A stretch of DNA of 64,000 nucleotides from Lingula anatina (taxonomy: Eukaryota; Animalia; Brachiopoda). Under the pieces are notes generated by a model. That model searched no databases. It was not told the origin of the DNA and saw only the letters and a program-made list of their open reading frames with translations. The DNA is taken from the NCBI GenBank assembly GCA_051362555.1, contig CM120645.1:20212001-20276000 (forward strand), given 5' to 3'. How positions within the stretch are numbered: position 1 is the stretch's first letter; each line of letters opens with the position of its first letter. The translations under genes and the position numbers were made by a program. Below are positions 24,768-40,000 of this stretch, piece by piece.

Positions 24768-27700
24768 CTATTTTGAAGAAGCGTCACGAACAATGATTCT
24801 CCCCTTCTGGCTTCTGTTGGTGAAGGCGTTGTTTCTGGTACACATATAGTGGAACACGCCCTCCTTACCAAACTGAAGAGGACCTACGTCATAGTAAGCT
24901 TTGGCATTGTCCAGCAGAACCATGCTGCCACTGTATCGGGCTAAAATATATGGAAAAAAAACAAACCTTTTATAATTAGCGTACTTTTTGCGGTGAACCC
25001 AATGTTTACAAATATATGTGCTTTCAAAATGCTCACGCTCTCCAATTAAAAATGAACTATAACCCTTGATCCTTGAACGACCAATTTTGCTTACCAAAAA
25101 GAGGAATCGATTTGTGTGCAAATATCATACATTGATAACATTTTCTAACTTTTTAAATAGTTTCCCGCCTATAGGGTTAGAGATTGAACCCAAACTGACA
25201 ATCTACACGCATGACAATAATTTACAATTTGCGCCTTAATTATCAACTGGCACCTCATTAACATTTCAATTACACGGGTTCTTACAACGCTATTGTTCGA
25301 ACCCGTGACTGAATACTTATTATAAGTCAGTGCACTTACGGGGTGCCAACAGCGCCATCTTCTGGAGGACAGCTCTCGTTTCTGTCGATGCTCCGATCAG
25401 ACGGGTCACGTTATCCAAGTGCATGGGATAGTTAGCTCCATACTGGCCAAGGACATCCAGTCCACCGTACGCCAGACCGGGCGTTCCTTCTGGGTAGACC
25501 TTGTTCTTAAGCACGACCATGTTGTTACGGTCAGTGCCCCTTCGTCCATTCCCGGCGTTGTTGCGTGGATTTCTGTCCGATCCTGTCCATCTGGTAGGAA
25601 CAAGAAATTATTTATCTACCTATTTCTCAATTCATTCACTTAATGATAGCAATAACCGTAATTTTTGCTTTTAAGTCTGTATTTGATCTTTTAAACTACC
25701 CATTTTGCATTTTATCACGAACTATACCCTTAACAGCCAGAAAAAAACATAGAAAAATGAATTTTCCCGTTGTAAAACCGACTGAAAAGCTACAAGGTGC
25801 AACATCATGTCATCATCAGTTCTGTTGGTAATAAACTGTTTGTTTCGGTGGTATAAGTTTTCCGTTAATGTCAATGTTCGAAGAAATTATACAAAAGAAT
25901 GATCACAATGGCTATAAAAATGTTCAATAGGAACAGGAATATATCTATTATTTTGCGAGTTATGTTCCACCGCCACTTAAACTATCCAAATGTTTTTTTC
26001 ACAAATACTTATTTTAATTGGCAAAAATTAATTGACATCGTGTGAGCCAAATATAGTTTTGCGGTGTACAGAACTACAGCCAACTTACTGAATATGTACG
26101 TAGTCGTTTGTGTTGATCTCCAAGGTGTTGGGGACAAAGTCGTACTCCACTGCTGGGTACACCTGTTGGTTGTTCCCGCGTTTTCCCCTCACGTTCAAAT
26201 TGTGGATGGTGGCGCCTTGCAGCTCGGTAGGTCTCTGCCTAATTTCAAACACATGGGACCTGCATAATAAAAAAAAACATTGTCCATTCAACAGATGTAC
26301 CGTTTGTATCTCTGTATTAACTTATTAAGAACAGCAATTCATAGGATGCACTGTCCACAGAGGGTACATTAAGAGAGTGGTGGATCATGAATAATACAGG
26401 AAAAATTGCCCTTATTTGTGATGAGGAGCAGCATGATTTCTTCAGAATATTATTTTGATTGAAGCCTACCTGTCCTGGAAAGTACGTCCAAACTGGGCTG
26501 TGTTGATGGCCAATGTAAGCTTCACATCGAGGCCCGGAAACACCCGAACATCCGGGTTATTCTTGAAGACATAGCCGCGTGCTTCAGCAGTTTCCTTGTT
26601 GGGAAAATTGAAGGTCCTTGAAAGGTCAATTTTGGAACCGTCTGTGTCGCTATCAGTGTTGAAAGACGCGTCTGTGTTCCATGAGTCGTAATCATTAGTG
26701 GAGATATTATATCTGAAAAGTTAGTTATAAGAATGTAAATAGCATACCGAGTAGTAGCCAAGGTATGAGTTGTCAATCACTCTACTAGAGCAGCTAAAGA
26801 ATACTGAGCGGTGAGAAAAGAGTCAGATTACAATGATATTTTTTTTCATTTGCGAAACAAAAGCTTAAATCGGAGTCCCCGTGTTAAGGGAATGAAAGTA
26901 CACAAATATTGGAATGCAATTTGTTCTGATTTTAGCTGTATTAAAATTGTTTTGTAGGAACTACTGGTACTGTAGTTGCTAGTGCATTCCCTTTATTTTC
27001 TGGATACCATATTGATAAAATCAATTATTTTATGCCACTCTCTATTGTTTCAAGAACCAATTACCTCATCCGTAAGACGCATTTCTCATGAGCAATACCC
27101 TCTGGAATTACCCAATCGTATGTATTGAAATTTCCTCCGATCCCGTTGCCGTTGTGGTTGTCACGTGACCAGGGAGCCTTGATACACTTTGGCGGTGGAA
27201 GACCATGTGCAGGAAACTCAGTCCACTGTGCACCTACCGCTCTTCCGCGTATTTTGAAATTCTAAAATGCCAAGAAAGAAAAATGAATTGCATACCTGTA
27301 TGTCGTGTATCAAAAATACAGTAAAAAAAGTCTCGTAAAAATCGTATCTTATTTGAAATGTGCACATCACATGCAACGTGCTTCATTCCTCCCCCCCCCC
27401 CCCCTTCACCTAATATCATTGACACTTACCTCACAATCCTCTCTGTTGTCCGGTATGACAATATTCCTGCGATAAAATCTATTCAGCTGGTTTCTGTCGA
27501 TGACACACGACCATCTTGACTTAACGTTGTTGCTCTCTGCTTGGTAATAGTTGCAGCGTTCAACGTCATTGGTCATGACGACGATGTCCTAAAGGAGAGT
27601 TAACTACATATGTATTAAAAGACGAGATCGATGGTGAACTCGGAAAGAGGCACCGAAGAACACGTGCACTCCTGGGTTCGGAAATACACCGCCTCCCTCA

Positions 27701-30700
27701 ACAAAAAGTATAACAAGAAAAACGCTGCAAAGCCAAAATAAATAGTATTTGAATTCAGGCATTGATGCTCCAAGGGATACCACTACTTACCACAATATCA
27801 GATCGGCCCCTACATGATTCAACGATTAGGTCTCAAATCCGTTTCCCGTTTGAAAACAACTAAACACATTAAGTTCAACGCTGAACCTTAGTCTCATATG
27901 GAAATGAGAGAAATCTATACTTACCTTCCAAGGGGAGTGGTGCCAATAGGGATAGTAGTCTCTCTCTTCTGGACATTCGTAACCACGTTTGGTGCCGCCA
28001 GCGTTCTGTCTTGTGTATCTAGCATCGTTGCGGCCAAGGTTCTTCAGAAAAAATACATAAATTTAAAATTGATTACATTTGGTGTTAAATACCCATAATC
28101 ATGTTGGGTGCAGTTCGTATTCCGTCTTGTATAAAGTTACCATGTGTGTGTCTGAGCTAGGACCCAACAGCAAGCTTCGGTAGTAACCTGTATTTCAGAT
28201 ATACTGTAGATACATGCATATTTATTGACTTTTGATTCAGATAATATTGGGTGAATTAAACAAATTAAGCACAATAATCCTAGTTCAGTAAAACACTGCG
28301 AAACAGACGCGTCTCTCAGTACACCCTTTTCCCCCCAATTCTCCCTTCTTCAAAACTTTATAATGAGTAAAACGAGACAAAAACAAAACAAGTAATTTCT
28401 CATCCCTGTTTCCCACGTATAGGCCCTACCCTACATCCCACTGTAAAATGTTTTCGTTTAATTCGCTCGGCATAATTTCGTTGTGCATCTCCCTCCCAAA
28501 ATTCTGGATCCGCGAATGTCTCATGATGGCCTTCTTCCTTTAAGTTTTCCAGACGACATTTCCATTTTTCAGGACAAGGATTTTCAGTGCCCATGCCAGT
28601 GACCAATTAAAGCAAAAACGTTTCAGGGGTATAATCGTGGAAAGAGCTGCATAATATTTCATAAACGGCAATAAAAAATTATCTTAAAAACAAAAAAAAA
28701 AAAAAAAAATTATCCAGGGATGTTCCCGAATCTATGCAGTATGAAACTGCACAAGAAATCGTTAAAAAGGGTGACTTGTGTGCGTGTATGAGAGAGAGAG
28801 AGAGATTGAATACTCTACAGATTTACAAAAATATTCAAGAAATCAAATGAAGAAACATATTCTAGCATCACATGTCGTTATTCACAATGAAAAGGACAAA
28901 CGTGCGCAACTGCATCAGCGATAAAAAGAAGCACGTGCCTACCTGATCCGCCAAGAAAAGACCTTGGTTCCTTTGCCTAGTACGACAGTACAGATAGTGT
29001 TTCCATTCCTCGTGCATCCCAAAAGCTGTATTGCTGTCCTGGTTGTCCCGAATCGTCCCTGTCGTTCTTCCGTCTCTGATTTTGTCATCGCACATGTACT
29101 GCAATATAAGCTCGCAGTTTGAGTTCTGGTCCGCGCAGCTATGCTGGTTCGCCCTGTGTAATGTAATTTCAATTAACACAAATAGGAATAAGAATGAGAA
29201 AGATGACAACGGCGACACTGATAATAATATTCAAACTCTTTCTACATGCCGTACCACCAATAATGATAATACATGTTATTGCGGCAATTCTTCATCCATG
29301 ATGTGATGATAATAAAGTTTATCAGAGGCAAGTGAGGTTAGATGAACACATTACATAACTTCCAGCTAAAACGTATTATAAAAAATGAAATACATTTATT
29401 TACTGACATTAGTTAAATTGGCATCTGATAAAAAAGCTGTAAAATATTTTAGAGGTTAGAAACAGCCGTTACTGAGTGCCTTCGACCTTGACCTTATATC
29501 AGCAGATGGAAGGAAAAAATGTTCATGAACAAAAAACAAAAAACAAAAAACAAAAACTATGTTTTTCATCGGTATATTAAAATAATAAAAGTAAGCCCTT
29601 TTGCGCCAATAGGACAGTTAACAGATAAAATAAAAAACCTATGTACAACGGATGGAATTAAAATAAGCCCTTTGTACAATGACAAAAATAGGGAGGAGAA
29701 AAGAGAAAAGGCCAAAAGAAGAACGAATTAAATACAAAAAAAGCTCTGTCAATGATTGTTTTAACAATTTAAAAGAATAAAGCCCCACAAAAAACAGATG
29801 AAATACAAAAAGTCCTTTAGAGAAATGATGAAAAAAAATCAGATTAAGAAAAAGGATTACCAAATAAAGCCCCGTAAACGACGTATTGAAAAAAATCATT
29901 TGCGTGACCTTTAATTTATAAGTTAGGGATAATAAAACAACGTACCATTCTATGCTGAGTGTAGATCCCTCGTAGTAGTACATAGGCTCTCCCACATTGT
30001 ATCCACCGCGGTTGTTATTTTGGGAATCGAACAACCTGAAATATTTGACAAATGCAATTTACTATTAATTATACCTAAAATTGTTATTGTAGGATGAACC
30101 ATATGCTGAGCTCTAAAAAATTAAATTACTGGATTAGCAAAACTAGATAAATAAGGCTATTTTTATCCCTTTTTGCTGTATATTGTGGTGAAATTGTCCC
30201 GTCTTCTACTTTTCACTACTTTGTTCAAGCTCAGTAAAACATATTTTTATGCACACACATTTAACTATACCCCCGTATCTGCTAGTTAACACCCACGCAA
30301 CATGACATGGTTAAGTAGACTGTTTCTAAATTTGCCAATCTGAACATAAAAAAAAAAAAATACAATTTTACCAAAAAAAGTTGACCATTACCTCTTGTTA
30401 TTTCTCACTTCCCGACCATTACCATTCAGTCTGTTATTACTTCCTCTGAAAAGAATCAAAAATATATGTAATTATATAAATGTCTGTGTGTGATTGTGTG
30501 TATGAATATATATACACACATGGTTGTGTTACATGTATGTGCATTATTGTGTGTATCTATGCGTGTTTAAATTTTCTGTGCATGTATCTCCGTGTATATG
30601 AAAAATTTGTTTGTGTGGGCGTAAAATATATGTGCATGCGTGGATGTACTTGTTTATGTGTGGTTGTGGACGTGAGTATATATCTAGATACTAGTAGGCC

Positions 30701-31633
30701 TATGTTACTCACAAAAACGGCCTCAACAGCCTATTGCTATAAAGACAGCATGACTCACGCTTTTACTACAGTCAAGTCCTATTTAAAACGCGTTTCCAAA
30801 CATGGTGTTTAGTGGTGCTGCTACAATCGTAGGGTTAATGGTGCAAAAAATTCGATTTTCCCGCGGTCTTCAAGAATTGCTTTTACATGTACATCGTGCT
30901 TATACAGACCACTGATAGTCGCATTGTATCCTTTTCTCTTTCACGTCACGCCCGAAATCAAACACCACACGCAGCCTTTTTCTTATTCAAAATGGACATC
31001 AGTGAAAGTCACAATACATTTGGTGTCACCTTAGACATCTCAAGGGTCAGAAAGTTCATGCCGGAAGACACAAAGAGACATAATACCTTAAATCAACCAA
31101 CTGCCCCATTCAAACGCCCTACAGCATATTATCAACCCAATGACGCGCATGGATGCCTGTGTAAAGCTCGCCGTCAATACACAAAAAAGTATTGGATATA
31201 AAGAGAGAGATTCAGTCTCTTTGTGTGCATTGTTCTCACTGTCACGATTCCGATGTTTGCGTATATCAAGGCATCTCGAGCCATATCATTAAGTAATACG
31301 ATAGTGCTTTAATTTTTTCCTCTGTTAATAAAGTCTTAAATGAAATTGCGCCTACACCTGTTCTCATGCCCTTTCTTGGGACCAAAAAAATGATAGAGAT
31401 CTTTTCCTATTCTGTTAAATTTATTCACTTCCCCCGTAAAAGCTTCATAAAAACAAAAATGTGGGGGGGGGGGGGGGATAATAAAGACAGGCCTACAATA
31501 CATGCAGTCTGATTATTTGTACCACCTGTGGGTTCTATTTTAGACAGACTGATATTTAAACATCCTCAAAAATATATTTTCTAACTATTTGTGGAGGCAT
31601 GTTTCAAATACTCTTTAGGCCAAAGATTCTAGC

Positions 31634-31673
<40 letters not shown>

Positions 31674-31749
31674 GGGGTGGAGAGGGAGAGAGAGATGGTC
31701 CGACGTGTCAGATAGAGACATAGGGTTCTTTCATGAAACCGATTCCAGC

Positions 31750-31795
<46 letters not shown>

Positions 31796-32120
31796 GGTGC
31801 AACGTTTCACGTAGCGATAGGGTCATCGAAACAAATCATGCGTCTCCCTCTGTCACTGCACTAGAATCATAGGGAGCAGGAACAAAAGAGGTGGATTTCC
31901 GTCAAGCAACAAAGATGTTCTCAAACTTTTGGGTTTGCAAGCGTTGATTGAAGAGATAGGAATTGGCTTTGGATAACCCGTTCATATTTACAAGCGCTAA
32001 TTAGAGAAAAGAGCACCAAAAAGAAACCCCATATTTGACGATATCTTACCTTGGATTAGTGATGTATAAATCACCATGTGTTAAAACCACGCAACACAGG
32101 AGGAATCCCAGCGTCTTCAT
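24768..32120 (-). CDS. DD3-3: DD3-3-like protein, paralog B (11 exons, 578 aa, signal peptide)
   Basis: Exons 32050-32120, 30392-30445, 29946-30035, 28943-29153, 27925-28041, 27430-27588, 27065-27261, 26470-26712, 26089-26259, 25340-25590, 24768-24940. GT-AG, same phases as paralog A, 1737 nt in frame, ends [10 protein letters not shown]. Confidence 0.92.
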
Positions 32121-32390
32121 TTTTCCCTGTTGGCCGGCCAAAGTAACGATAAAATTTAAATGTTGCGAAACAAACCCCAGCGGTCGATTTAAATAGTTCC
32201 CATCACTCCGCATTCCTTTTCGCCAGAAAATCTAGTCCATCATACTTAATGAATATTCAGATTTTTTTTAAATTTTGTTTTCAATAATCCTGATCACTGA
32301 CGGTTCACCCTCGCGAAAAAAACAAGTGCAAGGGGACTACTTTGATTAAAGGACGCCCACGTATGGAGACGGCTGTCTTTGGTCTAGATT
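32121..32390 (-). promoter_or_regulatory. Conserved proximal promoter/5' UTR of paralog B
   Basis: Homologous to the upstream regions of A and C; TATTTAAA near 32188-32195. Confidence 0.6.
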
Positions 32391-33015
32391 AGATGTTTAC
32401 CAGTAGCGACTGACGTGATTCAATGATCTGATCCCTTGAATGGGTAGAAATGAGAAACGTTTGGCATTATTTTGCATTCATTCACGGCACAGACGGGATC
32501 TAATCTTATAACCAATAGTAAGCACTTTAAGAGCTACGTTATACAGACGTTATTTGACAATCTTTTTGTACTGTATGTTCTTGTTGAATGCAGAGGTAAT
32601 ATGACATTCCTTTCTATTGTTAAAAAGGCTTTTTCTCCCCTCCGGCAGTTAAAAGAGAGATGAATATGATCATTATATAAATAAATATGTCAGTCAATCA
32701 ATATCTAATAAGATAAATCAACCCTGGGTTGAAGTTTGTGCCTGTTGCAAAGATGATACAAGTATATTTGTATGTTCCGTCTCTATTCGTCAATACTTCA
32801 TCGAGTCCCAAAAAAGCAACGACCGAAGGAACGAGACAAAACAACTGTTAAAATTGATTGAAAAATTCCTTATTAGAAAATCGTTTTTTTTTTCACGATA
32901 TGTCTATTTTAAGCTGCTTTTGATTCGTATGAATAACATTTCTATCCGTAAAAAATTATTTGAAAAAAATGTATGGGAGGATTAGGCAGAGATTTCGCTG
33001 TCATCAAAAATATCC

Positions 33016-33248
33016 ACATTGTGTACTTACTGAAAGTGAACGAACTCTTTTGTGTTTATCTCCAAGGTGTTGGGGACAAAGTCGTACTCCACCCCTGGGT
33101 ACACCTGTTACTGCGTTTTCCTCTCCCCTTCAAATAATAGATAGTAATGGGTCTTTCTCTAATACGAAACGAGTGAGACCTACGTCGAATGATATAATAC
33201 AATGCGAATATCAAAAGGCACCTCTGCAAGCCTTCCAGTTGGTGTGTT

Positions 33249-33285
<37 letters not shown>

Positions 33286-33340
33286 ATGTGTGCCCGCGCA
33301 CCCGTGTGTGTACTGAAATGGACGTAATCCATGACTAAGT
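33016..33340 (-). pseudogene. Relic exon 9 plus flanking intron of a lost paralog-D-type DD3-3 gene
   Basis: Aligns by eye to 46864-47218 (acattgtgtacttactgaa..atctccaaggtgttggggaca.agtcgtactccac..gggtctttctctaat..tgcgaatatcaa.aggca..tactgaaatggacg) with internal deletions. Confidence 0.85.
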
Positions 33341-34058
33341 TGAAAACGTGTTAATGCAAAGCTCAACATCGCGTTAACTGGCCAGCATTGTGGATCAAGC
33401 AAAACAGTTTAACGAGTAAATATAGCATATCGTGATGTGTAGACGTACTGCTCACATGAGTATGTATTCTAGTAACGGTTACTTTGCCTTAATATTCTAT
33501 TGTGTTCTAAATGAAAAAGTTAACATTTGGAGTATTGTTATGTCAGACGTCCTTTTCACAATGACTAATTGTTTCAAATTTGCTGCAGTATACATGTATA
33601 TGCACAGTATATACTATGTATAAATTGTATTGGTATTTGATTCTAATGAAACGGAAAATCGTGGGCTGGTTTTTGCAGTTCTGTTTATTATAACTAGAAC
33701 TTACTTTACCGATGGAAATCAAGCCTATTTCTTGTTCCACATTTGAATCAGGAATGCCCGCACCGGTTAATTTATATCATTGCAAACTTTTCTTGGCATT
33801 ACCAAACCACACTAGCAGAATATTACCTTCCGTTCTTGTAATAATTTTCGATAAGGCTGTCAAGTCATAGTTTCCATATTCCAAAATTTCTGACAGACTA
33901 AGATATTACTTATGAGCCAGTCGGACTTCAAAACCGCATTTAATTTATTTCAAAGAGTGTTTTTAAATATTCTGAAATATCTACGTGGATCATTGCTGTC
34001 CTTAATTCATATCAAAAGAAAGAAAGCACTCTAGATCTCATGCAAGCGAAGTTGTGAC

Positions 34059-37000
34059 CTATTTTGAAGAAGCGTCACGAACGATGATTCTCCCCTTCTG
34101 GCTTCTGTTGGTGAAGGCGTTATTTCTGGTACACATGAAGTGGAACACGCCCTCCTTAGCGAACTGAAGAGGACCTACGTCATAGTAGGCTTTGGCATTG
34201 TCCAGCAGAACCATGCTGCCACTGTATCGGGCTAAAATATATGAAAAAAAAACAAAACAAACTTTTCATAATTAGCGTAATTTTAGTACTGCACAGCACC
34301 CCTCTCCAATTTGAAATGAACTATAAGCCTTGATTCGTGAACGAAGTACTGTGCTACCCCCGCCCAATAAATAAATTAATAATTAATTAATTAATAACTA
34401 AATATATAAATAAACATAAATAAAAAAGAGAAGAAAAACCGTGAACAGTTTTATGATAAAATATCACCTACTGGTAAAGTTTTCTGATTTATTTGTAAGT
34501 AGTTCCCGTCCTAAGTTATAAGTCAAAATTTAAATGTACAATAGCAGTTTACAGTTTTATATTTTAAATGTCAATTGATTCTAAATAACAATTGTAAGAG
34601 CACTTTGCTAAGAGCTCCTGACGCTAATTGACTTCTTTAAAATACAAGTCAGTGCACTTACGGGGTGCCAACAGCGCCATCTTCTGGAGGACAGCTCTCG
34701 TTTCTGTCGAGGCCCCGATCAGGCGGGTCACGTTGTCCAAGTGCATGGGATAGTTAGCTCCATACTGCCCAAGGACATCCAGTCCACCGTAAGCAAGTCC
34801 GGGCGTTCCTTCAGGGTAGACCTTGTTCTTAAGCATGACCATGTTGTTACGGTCAGTGCCCCTTCGTCCATTTCCGGCGTTGTTGCGGGGATTTCTATCT
34901 GATCCTGTCCATCTGGTAGGAACACAAAATTATATATATTTATCAATTCATTCATTTATTGATTGAAAAGGTATCAGTTTCCGTACATTGCAATGCAGTT
35001 AAGAAAACTGTTCAAAATAATTATCACAATGGTTAAAAATTAATCAAAATCTACTCCTATAAAGTATAATAATTATTTTACGTATCCAAATATTTTTCAA
35101 AAATACCCCTTTTATTGGCAAAAGCTGAGCTCGTACGAACCAAATGTAGTTCGGTAGTATATAAAATTACGGGTAACGTACTGAATATGCACAAAGTCAT
35201 TAGTGTTTATCTCCAAAGTGTTGGGGACAAAGTCGTATTCCACTGCTGGGTACACCTGTTGGTTGTTACCACGTTTTCCTCTCACGTTCAAATTGTGGAT
35301 GGTGACGTCTTTCAGCTCTGCGGGTCTCTGTCTAATTTCGAACACATGGGACCTACGAAAAAACCATTGGAGTGAAAATTCACCAATAATTTATTGATTA
35401 TTATATTTTGCCGAGTCTTCACTTTCTTGTGGTTATTGTCATTGAGAACGCTGACTGTTATGTATTTTTTCTATTGTCACGCATCAGAGTTACCCAAACA
35501 AAAATAACATTTCTATGAGCAATATTTAATAACTGTATAATTGCTACGTTAAATATTATATTCATTTTCAATAATGATATAATTTGAGACCATATCATAG
35601 AATTATTTACATTCTTTTGCCTCCATTATATGACTATTTATTTTGCTGCTTTAATTTATTTATATGCTGCTCATAGGCCTTCGTGCAAGTACCAAAGAGA
35701 TGTTTAAAACGATAAAATAAAATCATAATATTGTTGGATAAAGAAGAAAAAACGATATGGTGCTTAATACAAATAGCATATTTTAAGACAGATTATCGTT
35801 CCAACATAGGTACCATTCACATCTCTGTATTATCTTATCAAGAGAAGCAATTCATAGGATGTGCTGTTCGCAGAGGACGCCTCTAAAAGGTGGTGTCCTA
35901 TGAATATCGCATGCACAATTTGTCCTTATTTGTTATACTTAGTCATATCAGCAGCATGATTTTTCAGAATGTAATTTAAATGGTATGTCTACCTGTCCTG
36001 AAAAGTACGTCCAAACTGAGCCGTGTTGATGGCCAATGCAAGATTCACATCGAGGTCCGGAAACACCTCAACATCCGGGTTATTCTGGAAGACATAGCCG
36101 CGTGCTTCAGCAGTCTCTTGGTCGGGAAAATTGAAGGTCTTTAAAAGGTCAATTTTGGAACCGTCTGTGTCGCTATCAGTGTTGGAAGACGCGTCTGTGT
36201 TCCATGAGTCGTAATCGTTAGTAGAAATGTTGTATCTGCAAAGTTAATATTTATAATGATATAAAAATGATAATTAGAATATTATTTTGAAGAGGAATTT
36301 CCTTTAACTGTTCTCCACAAACACCTCAGCGCTATGTTCATATAAATTATTTAAAAAATTCTAAGACCGATCAACAAAAAATTCTAACTGCATATACTAA
36401 ATTCTCAAACAAGGCAAGTTAAGGGTACTATAACGGATAAAAAAAATTCGCAAAAATTATTCTCGTGACTATTATTTGTGTTTTATTTGCTGAATAGCAT
36501 CAAATAAATCATTTCATGCTTTTTTTCAATTATTTCAAGAACCAATTACCTCATCCGTAAGACGCATTTCTCATGAGCAATACCCTCCGGAATTACCCAA
36601 TCGTATGTATTGAAATTTCCTCCAATCCCGTTGCCGTTGTGGTTGTCACGTGACCAGGGAGCCTTGATACACTGTGGCGGCGGAAGACCATGTGCAGGAA
36701 ACTCAGTCCACTGTGCACCTACCGATCTTCCGCGTATTTTGAAGTTCTAAAGTGCCAAGAAAGAAGAACGAATTACGTATGTCGTATATCAAAAATTAAA
36801 GCCAAAAAATGTTCCTTTTACATGTGGCGTGCTTCACACACACCCCCCCCCCCCGGAAATGATTGACACTTACCTCACAATCCTCTTTGTTGTCTGGGAT
36901 GACAATATTCCTGCGATAATATCTATTCAGCTGGTTTCTGTCGATGACACACGACCATCTGGACTTCACATTGAAACTCTCTTGCTGGTAATAGTCGCAG

Positions 37001-40000
37001 CGTTCAACGTCATTGGTCAAGACGGCAATGTCCTAAATATATTAAAACATGAGATCGATGGTGAAGCCGAAAAGGGGCACAGAAGGTCACGTGCACCCCC
37101 CCCCCCCCCCCCCCCCCGTTCGAACGTACACCGCCTCCCTCAGCAAAAAGAGTATACCGAGAAATTCAAGACAAAACCAAAATTGATATTAGTATAAATA
37201 AAGAGCCCATGCTCTAAGGGAAGCATGTAAGTGACTCAACTATTTGGGCGATTTACGGCCTCGAGTTTGTTCCCAGTTTGGACACAGTGTGTTGTTACAT
37301 CAAAGCTGAAGTTAATTATAATAAACATGAACATGTAGGCCTACCTTCCAAGGGGAGTGGTGCCAATAGGGATAGTAGTCTCTCTCTTCTGGACATTCGT
37401 AACCACGTTTAGTGCCACCTGCGTTCTGTCTTGTGTATCTAGCATCATTGCGCCCAAGGTTCTTAGAAAAATGCATATATTGAAATTAGATTAGATTTGG
37501 TGGTTAAAATCCATAACAAGGTTTGGTGCGATCCGTATTCTCTCTTGTACGCGTATTTTAAGTATGTGTGTGTCTGAGCTAAGACCCACCAACAAGCTAC
37601 CCTGCATTTGAAATATACCAAAGATATAGTCACATTTTATTTAGGTTCCAGAGGTTAAATAAAACAAACTTAGCACAAAAACCTTAGTTCAGTGGCGTAT
37701 TGTCGAGCAGAAACGTCTCGCTGTTTCCATCAGCACGGAAGGTACATACGTACCTCTCCGCCATATTCTTTACCTTCGTACATGTATATATAAACCCTTT
37801 CCCCATGCTCTCTCTCCAAAAATGAGCACAAAGAGACAAAAATAATTTCTTATCCCAGTGCCCTACCCGACAAGTCATAGTAAAATGTGCTCATCTAATT
37901 TATTCGGCAAGATTTTCCTTGTGAACTCAGCAGCATCACATTATTCCCAATGAAAAGGAAAAACGCGCGCAACTGCATCAGCGATAAAAAGAAGCCCTTG
38001 CCTACCTGATCTGCCAAGAAAAGCCCCTGGTTTCTACGCCTAGTGCGACAGTACAGATAGTGTTCCCATTCTTCGTGCATCCCAAAGCCTGTATTGCTGT
38101 CCTGGTTGTCCCGAATCGTCCGAGTCGTTCTTCCGTCTCTGATTTTGTCATCGCACATGTACTGCAATATCAGCTCGCAGTTAGCGTTCTGGTCCGCGCA
38201 GCTGTGCTGGTTAGCCCTTAAAAGAATGAGAAGAATACCCATGACGAAGACGCAGATGATGATGATGATGATATTCCAACTATTTCTACTACCATTAACG
38301 ATATCAAATAACGATAAAAATTACAACAAAAAGGGCGTAATTCTACATCCATATTGTAATAGAAATAAAAGTGATAAATCATTCAAAGACATGTAAGGAA
38401 CAATGAACTTTTTACATATAAAAATTTCCTTCTGTTACGTATTTCAACTTTTAGATCATTTACTGATATTCAGCAAATTTGATTTTTTTATTTAAAAAAC
38501 TGCTGAGGTTCGAAAAAATGTTAGTGGGTGCACTGTAAAAACAGTGTTTAGCATTTAAATACATACAACACACGTTAGGCACCTATACGCACTTAGAAAT
38601 CTGTGTAAATGCTAAACGCGTATAGCTTTTCAAACGTTTCACAGAAGAAAAAGCTAGACACGTTGGCATTGTTACACGTTTAGCTATGTGTTTAGCTTCA
38701 CCGGAATACGATTCTATAACAAGTCTATCACAAGCTTAGCACATTGGCTAAGCACTTCCCTGCTAAGCGCGTGAGGCTGCTAAACATATGGAGCTGCTAT
38801 AGGTGTGGAATTCCTTAACGCGTGGAGCTGCTAAACAACATGTTTAGCTTTTCAAGTTCGTCACAGAAAAAAATGCTTCACAATCCCATATATACGATCC
38901 CATAACAAGTTTATTACAAGACTCAACAATTTTGCTTAACACTTCCCTTTGTAAACATATGGAGCTGTTGGAGGCGAGAAGCAGCCTGCTCGAACGCGTT
39001 GTGTCCTTCCTTGCAGTAACGTGTGATTATTTAAAATAGGCATATTAAGTAATAATCCAAATAACAAATAACGTTTTCACGACGTTATCAGCTGGTTTCA
39101 TGATGGTGATGGTATAGAATAACGTCATGGTAACGTTATGGGTGTTTTTAATTCCATGCAAAATGATGCACTTGCAGTTTTATTAGCGTTTTATAACATT
39201 CTGGAAAAACATTATATAATGTTTTGAAAACTTTTTTAATTAATCACCAAAACACGTCTTATGCTGTATGAACTACAGTTAGCGGTTAATTCCAAAATGG
39301 GCTTGGGTTAGTCGGCGACTAGAGCGGTGCGATTTGCAAAATATTCGGACTATCTTTACCAAAATAACCAGCATGTGATGAAAGCTTAAATAAACCATTA
39401 TAATGAATACCCCACCATCATCCTGATGTTCTATTGTTCATTACTTCCGGAAAAAATAAATGAACATCAATACCTTAACGCATTTTATCAAAATATGAAA
39501 AAAATGTTTTAAAGTAAAAGTGGTAGTTGTTTCCGTGGTTGTTTCGTGTCTTTAGTAAGCTAGTGAATTTTCCTAACTTGTTTTTCAGAAATATATTCCA
39601 ATTAACTTCCTCGCAAGGTCAGCTAACACAAGGATGAATAAGTCCCGCTGTAAAGATGATGGTGTGAATCAACTATGTTGACAGTTCACGGTACCCTGTT
39701 ATAGATAGAGATAGCTATAGCAGTTAAAGGTGACCGTGACTTCGCGCGCGCGCGCGCGCGCGTGTGTGTAGTGACTGAAACAGTTGAAAACGTTACAACC
39801 TTAAAGTTAAACAAATACACCCTACGTTTATTAGGCGTCAAGCACGTCAAAGCGTGTAACATGTTAATAGGCTAAACGTGCTTAGGTGCTAAACGCGTGG
39901 AAAAAAAGAGACAAAACAGGCGCTTAGAAATGTGTCTCGGAGCTAAACACTGTTTTTACAGTGTGCTTTCGACCTTGACCTCCTTATCAACAGATACAAT

